A DNA stretch of 64,000 nt. Source: Eledone cirrhosa (taxonomy: Eukaryota). Position 1 is the stretch's first letter; each line of letters opens with the position of its first letter. A program made the translations under genes and the position numbers. A model generated the notes under the pieces. The model was given only the letters and a program-made list of their open reading frames with translations. It was not told where the DNA came from and searched no databases. This document shows positions 39,846-54,913 of the stretch, in pieces. The stretch spans positions 34,286,001 to 34,350,000 of the forward strand of contig OZ024745.1 of the NCBI GenBank assembly GCA_964016885.1, given 5' to 3'.

Positions 39846-42674
39846 GCTTCTGTTATGTAAAAAATCCAGTAGCAGGTTGTTTAAAGAACGATAATATAAT
39901 AATTATGTCAATAAGCTTTAGTCTTAGCTGTGGGTTACAAGTTGTAAATGGTCAAATAACGAAATAAATTTTCTCGTGTGAAATTGGTTTGATAAGAATA
40001 ACTCTGGTATTGCCGATCCTCTTAAATCCCTACATCAATCTCTTACCAACTACTGACTGAATATTTATTCTAAGAATACGTGTTCTTTCTACTCAAATGA
40101 AAAGAGCCGAATGTCTAATCGGACATAGTAAACAATATTTCCATTGGTCCTTATATTGTTGAAAATCTCTGCCGGTAGCAACTTCTGGTAGATTGAGCAA
40201 CGCAAAATAAAGTATCTTGCTCAATATCCCCACACGCTGCTTCCATCCTGTCCAGAAATCGAAGCCATGATCTCATAATTGACAGCCAAACACCCTAACC
40301 ATTAATCCACATACATTCACTTTCTCGTAAACAAGCCAACTGAGTTATGGAGGGATTTAGAATAATGACGAATTTAATTTTCATTTGGATAAATTCAATC
40401 TAGTTAGCTTGAGGCGATTGCATACAAAGCTAACAACGATTCGCATGATTGTTTGAAAGTAAACCTATCCCTGTGACTTCGACGTCATCTTGTCTGCTAT
40501 TGTTTACATTGGTAGGACAAGTATTCAAGTCTATGCAATTTTTCTTTCTTCTTTCACAGTGAAGAAGATTAACTGTGCTATATAGTTTCCTTCAGATATG
40601 TTCTAATGTCACTATGACCTTCCTGCTGTCACCTACAAATACAATGGATTATTCAAAATCATAGATAACTTGAACAGATTCAGAACGTCTGGATTCGAAA
40701 GCTATTCATTGCACAACAACAGTTAAAGGCTGCCTCTCATAATACAGTTATTTAGTACATAGCTTGACGACATTGCGAAAAGCAATGTAACATATAAACA
40801 ATTCAAGAATATATCTTCCACCAGTTTATTTTATCTGCCAAATATCTCAATATGGATTATGTGTTATACCAGATATCGCTGATACATTTTATCTTATATA
40901 AGCATGGGTAAATGAAACATTACTCTCAACTTTCACCTTTTGGGGGATATTATTTTGATTTCTTTTATATAGCAATCTCTTCTTTTATGCCACAATCTAT
41001 CTACTTTCATTGAAACGAAGCAGAAGTAAAAGATAATACGTTTACAACACGAATCACTCTTTGTTTCTCTCTTTTCTATTGCTATCTACCTCCCTACAAA
41101 CATACAGACCCTGTTAATCTAATGGCTAAACATCTAAAGGGAACATGGAAAATAATCTTTATTTTCTGCACATTTTTGCATTGCAACTGACTGTTGTATA
41201 ACGTTTTATCCGTCACAGCTTGTTGCTTTTTCACTACAAAATTAACATTTGCCACACTTAATACCCACAAAATACCATTCTCTTTATGGAAGAAAGCAAT
41301 CAAAAAGGACTCCCTATTTCTAAAACCTAGATTCTTTTATTATGATTATTTAACTTTAACGCAGCATCGATGGTTTTTGAAAAACACACAGCTTGTTCTT
41401 CTCCCTCATCGATCTTCCAATTTTCTACATTATTCATTTTCTAATCATCCTTTAATCAGAAGTTTCCCCTCGTTAACACGTGAGTTGTTCACTGGAATAA
41501 CATTTAAGTATTTCTATTTATTTCACAGCCTAGATTAAATAGATCTCTCGTTTCCTATAAAAATATATTATACCTTGGTTATTCACAAAGGTATGGTTTC
41601 ATTTTATTATCAAAACTCCTCCAGTAATGTGGACTAGCACATAATTTCCAGTCAGTAGTATTCTTGCTTAGGATTTGAATTGTCCATCTCCGATAATGAC
41701 GAATTACACGTCACCCATTTCATTGCTGATAATTTATAAGGTATCTGTAAAGGAGCGTGCCGTAGTGGATAGGGTGTTGGGCTCACGATCGTAAAGTCAT
41801 GAATAATATTACTGCACCGAAAATGTTCATCTGGTCAGTGTCGGGATGCATCCATTCGCAAGGAACAATCGATTGAAGTTAGCCTCAGTGCGCCACATGA
41901 GAAAGATATAGTCCATTGGAATTGTACTCATGAGGTCCAAGAAAATACGTTTTTATATAAGGTTTGGCTATAAGCTTTGGGTCTAATACGATTTCATCTG
42001 CAAAATCATTTGTGTTGACACCTGAACAATAGAAAAGAAAGGAAACAATAATAATGACATGAATAAAATATAAGAATGAAGTAAGTTGAAGTAAACTTTT
42101 CAGTAACAATAAATATATTTGGTGAAGTTTCATGGCATGGTATTTAGGCAGTTCAGATCAAGATCGGTAGGGCATCTGTTTGCTTCTCAGCAAAGCATTT
42201 TGTCCTTCAGTAAGACATTTTACTTCATGTTGCTCCAGACCACACAGCTGCCAAAAATGAGTTGTACATGTAATTCAAGAAGCCAGCCTGGTCACACATT
42301 GAATTACACTGAATCACTCTAACGAATACATTAAGAGTGACTGTGGAATTCTTAGTCACATGCACGTTAATTTCACGAGCTGGCTGTTCCGTTCATTGAA
42401 CAACTAGAACATTCCCCATCCGAACTGATGTAGGCCCAGCAAAAATAACGTATCTGATAACCTGATTTCCAATTCCACCAAAATGATTGCATTCAAGCAG
42501 ATAATATAGTTCTTCCGGCCAAATTTTGAGACTGATTTTATTTTAAAATCAATTTGTTCATTGAAAATTCATGCATTACACATCAAATTGAATCGCTGAA
42601 TAATCACATTAGGCGGACAACATGTGATATTAATATATTCTTCAATTTTCCCACTATGCGTTAACTCTGATATA

Positions 42675-42982
<308 letters not shown>

Positions 42983-43088
42983 ATATAAGAATATATATAT
43001 AGGTAAGTTATTCCGGGTTGAATCGGAGGTAACCACAGTAAGTAAGGTACTCAATACATAGCAGAGTATAACAGTTTTAATATAGATT

Positions 43089-43139
43089 AGATTCTACAGG
43101 ACTAGAACTGTTTCATTCTTTAGAAATCATCAGGAATCT
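43089..43139 (-). ncRNA. type I hammerhead ribozyme (P2)
   Basis: AGATTC-CTGATGA-T-TTC taaa GAA-T-GAAA-CAG ttctagtc CTG-TA-GAATCT. Confidence 0.8.
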
Positions 43140-43590
43140 GGCTTTCCAAAATAAATGTTTTGGTATTTATATCTTTTCAGGTGGTAGGAGAGGGTGGGGG
43201 TGGGATGGGTGGAGGTCATTGGTTGAAAGAAAAGGGAATTCATTAAAAGCTAATTCTTTAAGGCTATAATTTATATTGAGAGTGACAAAGGCAGAAAGAA
43301 TTCTATAAACAAGTTCAGATTGGGGTACCATTCCTTATTTTTAAGTTTCTCTTAAGCTAACAATGCCTATATTTCAGGTATCTATAAGATGGTTGGGGGT
43401 CGGTCATGGTTGATGGATTTAAAGAAAAGGAAAATTCTTTAAAAGCTAATTCTTTAAAGCTCTACTTAGAGTGACAAAGGCCAAGAGAATTCTATAAACC
43501 AGTTGAAAATATTGGCTGCCTATCATATCATTATTGTCATGTTTCTCTTAAGCTATATTCCAGGTGTCAATAGACACATTCACACACACG

Positions 43591-43640
<50 letters not shown>

Positions 43641-43766
43641 TATACACATATATATACATATATACACACATATATATACATATATATATATATATTTATA
43701 CACATATAAATGTATGTGTATAGATATATAGATATAAGCGTCTATGTATATATGTATATATATATA

Positions 43767-43852
<86 letters not shown>

Positions 43853-43855
<3 letters not shown>

Positions 43856-45120
43856 CGAAGGAAATGTGGTAAGGAACCAGATGGACAATAACGCACCAAA
43901 GTACTCAATACTTAGGGTAGTAGAGTGGGTAATAGGAACAAGTATGACTCCGACAGCAGTGCTCAAGCCGTTTCGACGGTTAATTCTGGACTAAATAAGA
44001 ATTTTTAGCCCGGTAAATAAATAGCCGAACTTCTCAGGGGGTAATCCCTTATATGGGAAGATAGTAATTGTCAAAAGGATTGGTAAAAAATTTGTTGTAA
44101 AGACAGATGATTCTATCATGGCATTTGGTGGCTGAACTTGCTGGTAGAACAAAGAGGGAGTGGGGCAAACCCAGTCAAGCGTTGAAAGTGATATCTATAC
44201 AGCAGATTCTAAGGATAATGTATAGAAGGTCGAAAAAAGTGTACTAGAGAAGGGGAGGGGGGGGGGGGGGTGAAAGAATAGGTAAATCTCTCATTGGTAT
44301 TGCTAAGCTATACAAAAGTTTAATAGATGGAGAAAAATACTAAATACGAGATTGTAGTGAGTGAAAGAATTTTATAAAGCCGGCTTTACAGGGGGTCTAA
44401 CACCACTGCTATAGATAGTTAGTAATCAGCCAATGATATCTTACAATGACAGGTTAATAAGTTGAGAACAAAAATACTAAAATACTACTACAAAAATACT
44501 AATAGAAAATATTAATTCAAAATACTAATACAAAAATACTAATACAAAGTACCACTAAGAAATTTAGAAACCACAGAAATGGAGCAGCAACCAGAAAGAA
44601 AACAATTTACTGGGGTCTAACACATCTGCTATAAAAAGCGTAATTGGCGAATTCTATCTTTAAATTAGGGGGGGGGGGGTAATGGGGCTACAGAGGACCG
44701 ATGGGCTGCATCGGGGTAGGCGAAAAGGTGAAAAAAAGACAAGGAAGGAGATCTGGGTTGGAGGGACTAGGAAGAGATGGAGGGAAGAAGGAAATATAGA
44801 GGAAAAGATAAAAAAGTTACGTCTACCTTTATAAGTAAGTGTTACCCCTTACAAAATCGGCAAGTGGGGTGTATCAGCCCGTGTCTAACCCTTCCCCGGG
44901 TCATTATGCGGTTTGAGGGCGAGGTAAGTCCTACGCAATCTATGTTTGCATGCGGTTACCAGTTCGTCTTTCTTGTTTAGGAGTTGGTCCTTCGAAAACA
45001 ACATTTGTAATATTTCCTCCGAGCATAAGTTACACGGACGGCGTCCTCCCGTGTAAGAGTTAGCTCTGGACAGTAAGCTCCAAGTAAGATGTGGCCCGAA
45101 AGTGTAGTAGCATTCTATTT
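43853..45120 (-). mobile_element. Penelope-like element 3' part (parent of P1): GIY-YIG C-terminus, 3' UTR, HHR and tail
   Basis: minus ~45115-44885 reads NATTLSGHI/WSLLSRANSYTGGRRPCNLCSEEILQMLFSKDQLLNKKDELVTACKH; ends in the P1 tail at 43853. Confidence 0.8.
43947..44042 (-). ncRNA. full P1 hammerhead with long stem II and altered core
   Basis: ACCCC-CTGAGAA-long stem II (..CGGCTA..CGGGCTAAA/TTTAGTCCAG..TAACCG..)-GAAA-CGGC..GCTG-TC-GGAGT. Confidence 0.65.
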
Positions 45121-45159
45121 ATAATGTTTTTTTTTTTACTCCCTTTCGATTTACCCATT

Positions 45160-45209
<50 letters not shown>

Positions 45210-45370
45210 GTGCGTGTATATGTATATATATGTATATATATATATATGGGTGTGTGTGTATGTGTATGTGAATGTGTCTGTTGACACATTAAGAGAAACA
45301 TGATAATAATGATATGATGGGCACTCAATATTTTGAACTATATATATATATATGTGTGTGTGTGTATATG

Positions 45371-45440
<70 letters not shown>

Positions 45441-45444
<4 letters not shown>

Positions 45445-46314
45445 TCAATTTATCGTTTTCGGTATGCCTGACCGATTTAACTCACTCAATATGCAAATTA
45501 GGCTGCTCAGCCGTTAATTTTCATAAGGAAAGTATATACTTTCGAACGTTCAACTATCTGGCAGATGGGTAAACGGTGCTGATGATAGCTAACAAGCTTG
45601 AAACTAGTACATCGTTCCTGTGTCAGTGTTGAACAAAAAGGTGACGTGGTTGCCTTAACACCGTATGGCATAAATTCAGGCTGTTCAGTTTGTTTACAAA
45701 CGAACAAAGCGACGTTAGCGCCGCTAAACTGATACGTGCATATATGTATGTGTACCTGTATGCATATGTATATATATATGTATATATATATATATATGTG
45801 CATGCTACTGTACGTCTGTATACATATATGTACGTATACATGCATACTTACATTTAAGTAAGTGCCATACTAAGAGTGAGAAATGAAATTTCGTTTTCAT
45901 TTTGTTTCAATTTATCGTTTTCGGTATGCCTGACCGATTTAACTCACTCAATATGCAAATTAGGCTGCTCAGCCGTTAATTTTCATAAGGAAAGTATATA
46001 TTTTCGAACGTTCAACTATCTGGCAGATGGGTAAACGGTGCTGATAGTAGCTAACAAGCTTGAAACTAGTACATCGTTCCTGTGTCAGTGTTGAACAAAA
46101 AGGTGACGTGGTTGCCTTAACACCGTATGGCATAAATTCAGGCTGTTCAGTTTGTTTACAAACGAACAAAGCGACGTTAGCGCCGCTAAACTGATACGTG
46201 CATATATGTATGTGTACCTGTATGCATATGTATATATATATGTATATATATATATATATGTGCATGCTACTGTACGTCTGTATACATATATGTATGTACG
46301 TATACATGCATACT

Positions 46315-46319
<5 letters not shown>
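45441..46319 (+). repeat. near-identical tandem duplication with 462-bp period, each unit carrying an HHR
   Basis: 45441-45853 matches 45903-46319. Confidence 0.9.
45572..45616 (+). ncRNA. minimal type I hammerhead ribozyme (family P4); second copy 46034-46078 has core CTGATAG
   Basis: AACGGTG-CTGATGA-T-AGCT aaca AGCT-T-GAAA-CTAG-TA-CATCGTT. Confidence 0.8.
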
Positions 46320-46392
<73 letters not shown>

Positions 46393-46487
46393 TATATTTG
46401 TGTATGTGTATTTATGTATTTTGTATATGTGTATATTTATATATATATATATATATGTATGGATATATCTATATATATATATATATG

Positions 46488-46538
<51 letters not shown>

Positions 46539-46602
46539 TATATATATATGTGTGTGTGTGTATATATATGTGTGTGTGTGTATATATATGTGCGTGTATA
46601 TG

Positions 46603-46649
<47 letters not shown>

Positions 46650-47090
46650 ATGTGTATGTGAATGTGTCTGTTGACACATTAAGAGAAACATGACAATAAT
46701 GATATGATGGGCACTCAATATTTTGAACTGGTTTGTAGAATTCTCTTGGGTTTTGTCACTCTAAGTAGAGCTTTAAAGAATTAGCTTTTAATGGATTTGC
46801 CTTTTCTTTAAATCCATCAACCATGACCGACCCCCATGCATCCTATAGACACCTGAAATATAGCATGGTTAGCCTAAGAGAAACTTAAAAATAAGAAATG
46901 GCACCCCAATCTGAACTTGTTTATAGAATTCTTTCTGCTTTTGTCACTCTAAATATAAATTATAGCCTTAAAAAATTAAGTTTTAATGAATTCCCTTTTC
47001 TTTCAACCAATGAGCTCCACCCATCCCACTCCCCACCCTCTCCTACCACCTGTAAAAATATAAATAGTAAAACATATATTTTGGAAACCC

Positions 47091-47243
<153 letters not shown>

Positions 47244-47351
47244 TAAACGGAATAGAAAATGTTGACAAATTGTTCACAGTGAAAGATAGTTTAATTAGGA
47301 ATAAGTGAGAATTAGTAATAGGATTGGTTATTATTCAGTTTTGGTTTTAAG

Positions 47352-47387
47352 TTTTACCGGTTGCGCATTTCTAATGCTTTTCAAAAA
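47352..47387 (-). ncRNA. degenerate U3-A8 hammerhead
   Basis: TTT-TTGAAAA-GCATT aga AATGC-GCAA-CCGG-TA-AAA (GAAA mutated to GCAA). Confidence 0.6.
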
Positions 47388-47471
47388 TAATTTTGAGATA
47401 GAGTGTCCGTGATGTTTGCTCTGATCAGCTTGCATATGTATGTTTTCGCATGTATTTGTGTATTTCTTTTT

Positions 47472-47504
<33 letters not shown>

Positions 47505-47513
<9 letters not shown>

Positions 47514-48293
47514 AAAAAGAAATACACAAATACATGCGAAAACATACATATGCAAGCTTATACACACATATATCCCTGAATTTGTGTGGTGCCAACCTCA
47601 ACCGTTGTTGCTCTATGATTAGTATGGACAACATAATCTGAGTGAATTAGATTGACTCAATATCAGAACTATATAATACATTATAAGGAAAGAAGAAACA
47701 TTAGACATAAATAAAATATATATATATATACCCAATATACTTCAACATCCTCGACTGTGCAGTTTCGTGGCTACTATACCAAAACTTTACACCATAGAGA
47801 TGCAGTATATTTGTGAGGTTTGCCAACTTATCAAGAGAATACCTCATTAAAGTTTCAAAACACGTCCGCAAGGCATGAGAGAGAATCCCGGAAAGGCGGA
47901 TGGGGAACTTATCACGTGATACAGCGGTCAGGAAACAGAGTTAAGCCTCTTACAACCAAGAGAAAAATACCACAATTGGCGGAGGGGGTATTAATATCTC
48001 GGCTACAGACGAGGTGGCTAAGGAGGGCTAGAAGTGTTTAATAGTGTAAGCTTGACAGCAGTCACTATACTTCTGTGGTTACTCTACCGTAGGGAGTTAT
48101 AGACAATAAAAAGTAACACACAGATACATGCGAATACATACATATACATGCATATACACACACATATCCCTAAATTTGTGTGGTGCCAACCTTAACGGTT
48201 GTTGCTCTATGATTAATAGGGACAAAATAATCTGAATGAATTAGATTGACTCAATATCAGAGCTATATAATACATTATAAAGAAAGAAGAAAC

Positions 48294-48297
<4 letters not shown>
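47505..48297 (+). repeat. pair of ~195-bp direct repeats (47505-47703 / 48103-48297) between (TA)n tracts
   Basis: direct alignment, e.g. shared AATTTGTGTGGTGCCAACC and GAATTAGATTGACTCAATATCAG. Confidence 0.8.
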
Positions 48298-48364
<67 letters not shown>

Positions 48365-48486
48365 AAATGTGTGTAATCCTTCTTAATTTATAAAATAATT
48401 TTTTTTAAGAAAAATTCTTTTTGGATTCTGTGAAGAAAATAAATTTGTTGAAAGCACAAGTGAAGCCATTTTTTCTTCCCCCCGTC

Positions 48487-48526
<40 letters not shown>

Positions 48527-50074
48527 TAGCGATACTCCGGCCAAATTCCAACTCACTCAACAAACATTAGGAAATAAGTGATTATATTCACAATTATACG
48601 TTCGATATGTGTGTGTGTATATATATATATATGTATGTATATATATAAACATTTCATTTCGTTTCTCCCACTGTTCACTCTACTCAGCCTTTCTATTCCT
48701 TCTTTAATTTCTCATTCTATTTTCTGTTGAAGGACTAGCGTGGGAAACGTTAAGACGCTTTTCCTACTATATCAGACGTAAAACTAATATATTTCTTCAT
48801 TATACTGTTTCGTTTGTTTTGTTACTTCCGTTTACCTTTCGCATACTTATATACTTATATATGTATATACGTACGTATGTGTTTAAGGAAAACATTGATT
48901 TCTCTTTTAGCTTTCTTCTTAAAATCAACTTTGAATAAAGAAAAGATGTATTGTTTACTGAAAGCCCTCTATTATGTTTTCAAGCAGAAAACTTTGTTAG
49001 GCTGACAGGGAAAAATATAAACGTATGTGAATTGGATTATATCTTCTAATTTTCATTTGTTCCAACAAAACTTGTTTTAGTAGTCTTTCTTTATTTTCAT
49101 CTATTGAATCCTTAGTTCAATGAATGAATATTTGATAAAGACCTCCAATTCCATTTTGCATTTCATTCCCAAGAGATTTCCTTAGACTCATTCATAATCA
49201 TTCGGGGATCGTTATAAAATCTCAGTAGTTGATTTTTCTCTATAAAGCCATAAACGAACGTAAAGGAATTAAAATCGCATTGCAATTACATGAATAGCCA
49301 ATATATAATTCAATAATTATATTTGTGTTCTTGGTCGATATATTTTATCTTGATCGATTTAAATAGAGATGTTGTGCAGTCACATTCCTTGCAATACATT
49401 CCATTGCAGCAGAATAATAACTTTATTTATCTTTTCCATTTAAAGAATTTGAAAACAATTTAAGAATCTTTAACCCATTTATTTTTCAAAATACGTTTAT
49501 CGCGACATGATTATTCAAAATACCAATGATCGGTTCTGAAATGTTACTAAGGATTTTTTCTTTAATTATTTCAAAATGTATTTTACTTCTTTTGTTTGAT
49601 TTCTTCTTGTTTCCTTTTCATTTCTGAAAAATATTAACATCTCCAATCCAATCTAGGATATCATTTAAGAAAATAACAAACAAAAAACAACAAAGCATTT
49701 ATTCTTTCACCTTTGTCATTTACAACGACCTGTTATTGGTTGTAACGTAGTATCATTAAATCTAATGCCCAGCTTACTACTGAATTAATTATTAACTGTA
49801 GAAAGTGACGGTTTTGATTGAAGGTCAGATGACCAATCATATTATAATTAAGACATTAAAGCTAAAGATGGTACACATACGAACAGATAAACATATACAG
49901 ACACACACAGTAACACCGTAAATGAAGCAATAACCGCGATACATGCACCCCCACACAATATACACACACACACACATATATATATAAATATATATATATA
50001 CAAATATATATGTGTGTGTGTATGAGTGTGTGTGTGCTTGTGTGTGTGTTAAGAAAGGGAGAAAACTGATACAT

Positions 50075-50123
<49 letters not shown>

Positions 50124-50827
50124 TTTACGTAAAAATGTTTTAGTTCGCACATCTGAGTGACAATTTGGAACACTCGTTTCCGAAACCGACAGATGTCCAT
50201 TCCATTGCAATACTAATGTAACATACAAATTGTATAGTCACAAAGGAAATCACTGCTTTATATAATACAGTCACTATTAAGCAGCCAGTCATTTATATTT
50301 ATATAAGAAGTTTCATGCAAGTTGATCATAATGAGAACGAAATGTGTATTTGTGAAATAGGACAGTCTTCAACTGTCCCAAACATCAACCATGCATTCTA
50401 AACAAAATAGAAGCATTCAACATGGTTCAACCCAGCTATTTTCTATTTTTCACAGATAAACACTTAATACTTTTGTAATCTACAACTACTCTGTAAAGAA
50501 ATAGAAGTAAATAGAAAACAAATAATATAGAGAGGTTTTAAATACCTAATTACAAATAGCTATATAGTATGGGAAGTCAGCATTATCTCGATCACTAATG
50601 TATGTTTGTATTTATGTATGTATGTATTTATGTATGTATGTATGTGTGTATGTGAGAATGTGAGTATGTATACATGAATGCATTTATGTCTCCCTGTCTG
50701 TATGTCTGTCTGTATGTATATATGTATGAATGTATATATGTATGTATGTATATATGTATGTATATATATGTATGTACATATGTATATTTGTATGTATGTA
50801 TGCATGCATGCATGCATTTATGTGTGA

Positions 50828-50872
<45 letters not shown>

Positions 50873-51298
50873 AATGTGCGTAAACAATTCCTTTGAAGTG
50901 ATTTTACATTATCTGTAGCGTATCAACTTTCCCACTTCCTACCTATCGCTTCTAGCTCTTTAGCACTATTACTTTAATATCTCAGCATCTCTTATAACAT
51001 CTAAACACAGAACAATCTGACTTATTTATTCATGGAGTTTAAATTTACATTATTTTTACTTCAAACAAACCGTAAAAATAACTTTAGATATTATTGTTAC
51101 CCTTATCAGTATTTAACTCCTTTACCCATCATCAAATGAATCCGAATACTTTTCAATCAGACTAATTCTTTGTTATTCAATTGATTTCGGAAATGAAGAG
51201 CTAATCTTTCAGGAAGAAGACTTTCCCAAAATGGGTCATTTGTGGAAGCCCCATTTTCGTCTACCGCTCCGACTTATTTCTTTTCCTTTTTCTCTTCA

Positions 51299-51370
<72 letters not shown>

Positions 51371-53816
51371 GTGTGTGTTTGTGTATGTGTGTGTGTGTGC
51401 GTGCGTGTGTGTTATTGCGTGTTTACGTTTCCTGTTTGTTTATATCCCGTTATTTAGCGGCTCGACAAAAAAACACAAGGAAATAAGTACCAGATTTAAA
51501 AAGAAATGATTACTGAGTTTTGATATGATTAACTAAATGATTCCAAGGTAGTTCCACAACAAGACTGCCGTCTAATGTATGAAAATAGTAAGATAATAAA
51601 ACAACTAGTACTGTAACTATATTGGAGGGGAAGACATAGAAGTTTGGTGGAAAACAAATAAACTTCGATTATTTAGTTTCATACATCAGTTTTATTTTGT
51701 TTCATTCAAGCTCTGGTTAATTATTATTTTTGTCCCTATGGTAAAGTTTAGATCAGGGCTTCGTTAACTGTGGAACGCAAAGGTAGTCATATAAGATTTT
51801 AGGTGTAACATGTCTCGTAAAAATATATATATATTAAATAATCTTGTAGTTATGCGAATGTTCCTTTGCTGTTAATAGCTCCCCTGCCCGACTAACTTTC
51901 TTTAGTGACGCACTCGCTTTTCTTTTTCTGTTGCTGTAGGGCATGTGTGGGTGAGTGCCGCACTGACATAATTTGTGTTCTTTACGATATCACAGCAGGA
52001 TTGAAGATTCGTGAGAAAACTTTCTTTGATCTATATTGGACGCCAATTGAAAAAGTTTAATGTTAGCAAACTGTAAAGTGGATAGTTATAGGGTTAAATA
52101 TAATCATTAACATGTATACTGCCTTTGAACTTTGCCAACAAAGAAACTACCATGCAGTCGCTTAACGTTTTAAAAACGATGTCCAAATTCTCCTCAAATC
52201 ACTCCTTAATATCTTGAAATATGAAACACATATTTGACTTTTTGATTCCCACAGAAAGAAGGATGGTCAGAGCTGAAAAAACTTTCATCATACTTTTGCT
52301 TTATCAGTGTTGATCTGGGATTAACCAACAACAATTGGTTTTGTAATCATTTTAAAGAATCAAAAGTTCAAGTAGTGTAGGAGAGCTCTGTATATTTAGA
52401 TTTTTGTTCACTCCGGGACAATTAGAACACTGACAGTGATTCAAATGAATGAACTATGAACTCTACCGTCTATAACTGGTTTTCTACAGGGCCGACAATG
52501 AAATTAATATACGGTTAATAGATATTTTAGAAATGGCATCCAGATCTACTTTAAATTATACACCACAAAATGGTTTATGATTAAGGCTAGAACTCTTTCA
52601 TCCTAGGTCTAGTTTATTAGTGCTGAACTGAAATTAAACAACAACAGGCGGATTTGTGATCTATTCCAGAATTTGAATCCGAAACCGCCTGAAACCACTT
52701 TTGGTACTATTATACTAGACCATTTATTTTAAAGTGTTTATATTTGTTCAAACTCTGATGTCAGTCCCTCTTTTAAGTTACGGTCCAAACTTCAATTTAA
52801 GAATGGTTTCTAATTTAGTCACAAGATCAACATTTTGTAGTGAGGAGTGAGTCGATTATATCGAGATAGTATATGACTGGTAGTTTATTTATCGATCCCG
52901 AAAAGACAAAAAACAAACAAAAAAAATTGAGATCGGTGGGATTTGACCTAAATGCCGTTAAGTAATTTGTCCAAGAGCTTAACAACACCCTCAATTCACC
53001 GTTTTAAAGCACGGACTTAGTTATAAGAGAGTTCATTACATTACTAAATCACTCTAGATTCAGGAATAATTTCAAAATTCTTTGCAAATCATATGTAGTA
53101 ACTTTCATTAGATACAAGGTAATGAAAGAGTTAAAGAACTAAAATAGTGGGAAATGATTTCTGTTACTAATTATATTTCAAACCAATCTGGTAAAGACAT
53201 AAATGACATAATTGTTATATTGAAATTTTAAATAGTTAACTCATGTCGCTTATGAAAAAGTTCTTCTTTTGTCCTGAACTTTCTGAATGATACATAAAAT
53301 ATGAAGATACAAAACTAACACAACTATATTCTGTTGGAAAATAAAACTTATTCTAATAATTTAGTGAAAATGGTTTAGTCCGTTTGAAATATTCTTCAAT
53401 TTCTCTATTACTATCCTTAGATTATGAGTACTTGGTTAAATAATATTTAAAGAAGCTACAGTCTAGTGTTAGACAGTTTTATCACAATGGTTAGCTTCTA
53501 GCTAGGACGTGTTATCACAGTATGCTTAATGTGAATCTTTGTTATATTTCCTCCCTCATTTTCTTATAGCTACGAAGTAAATTCCCCAAAATTATAAGAA
53601 TGCAGTACAGTTGACATTAAGTGCAGTATGTAGTTTTAATACCTTATCCGATTGAATGGTTCTTTCTTTTTCATAGTTAGAAATTTAGCGAGGAATATGA
53701 TATCAAGCCATTCTGCTGAATGGTGCTTAAAACCGGGTCATTAAACGATTGTGTAGTTTCGGGATGCCAATTAAAACTCATTATTTCTATACATAAGTAT
53801 TCTATACGCCAAGAAG

Positions 53817-53890
<74 letters not shown>

Positions 53891-54878
53891 TATACAGTAT
53901 ATATATATATACAGTATATATATACATATATATATATATGTGTGTGTGTAGGCTGATACGTTGTAAGCAAGGGCTTGAATATTATCTGGATATATGAGTT
54001 AAATTTACTTTGAGTTGATAGATAGAAGTTAAATTAGTTATAAATATAACATATTATTGACTCTGTAAATACATTAAGGTCATTTAAAGGTCCATAAAAC
54101 CCTAAAACTGTCAACTATATAAATTAACTTAGTGAATCTCATGGATGTATGGCTCTTGTATTATAATATAACATGAAATGAATAATGTCTAATATTGATC
54201 TATATCAGTTATATTAAATACTCGGACAATCTTTCTATAATTAAACTTCTCGAAACTGTCGATTAGTTTTAAATTGGGTCATTGATTAACTGTTGCAGCG
54301 TTTTATTTTCGTGCCAGCTGACCTCCGGTGCACTCAGTTACCAGACTAATTTTCTTCCGCCAATTTGGGGTAATGGCCCTTGAAGCTGGTATCGCTGGCT
54401 GTTGTCCGTGGCAATGCATTAGCCTTCCTATTCGCTGGACGCAGCTGAAATATACCGTTTTGCCAAGCCTGTAGAGTTAACCTTCATCACATTTCTCTCA
54501 CCATTGTTTCTTATTTTTCCTTTTACCTTTCTTCCTCATATATACACTTGAATATGAAAGTTTCAATCAATAAAATGTTTTAAACTATTGTTTTTATTAA
54601 CAATTCTTTGTTTCATTTTTTTGTTTATTAACCAGAATAAATCCCTCTTATAATATCTGATCATCGTTTCTGTTCGTCTGTCACACGAAGAATACGATCT
54701 GTCCAAAAGGTTCTAAAATCTTTCTTTGAAATTCATGTCACACAAGTGTAAGGCAAAAAGGATAGGCCAAATGTTTCAACATGCTATCATTGAATAAATG
54801 TTATTTGTTCGTCTGCACATATATTTACATCTCTCTCTCTCTCCCTCTCTCTCTCTCATATATATACATATATATATA

Positions 54879-54913
<35 letters not shown>

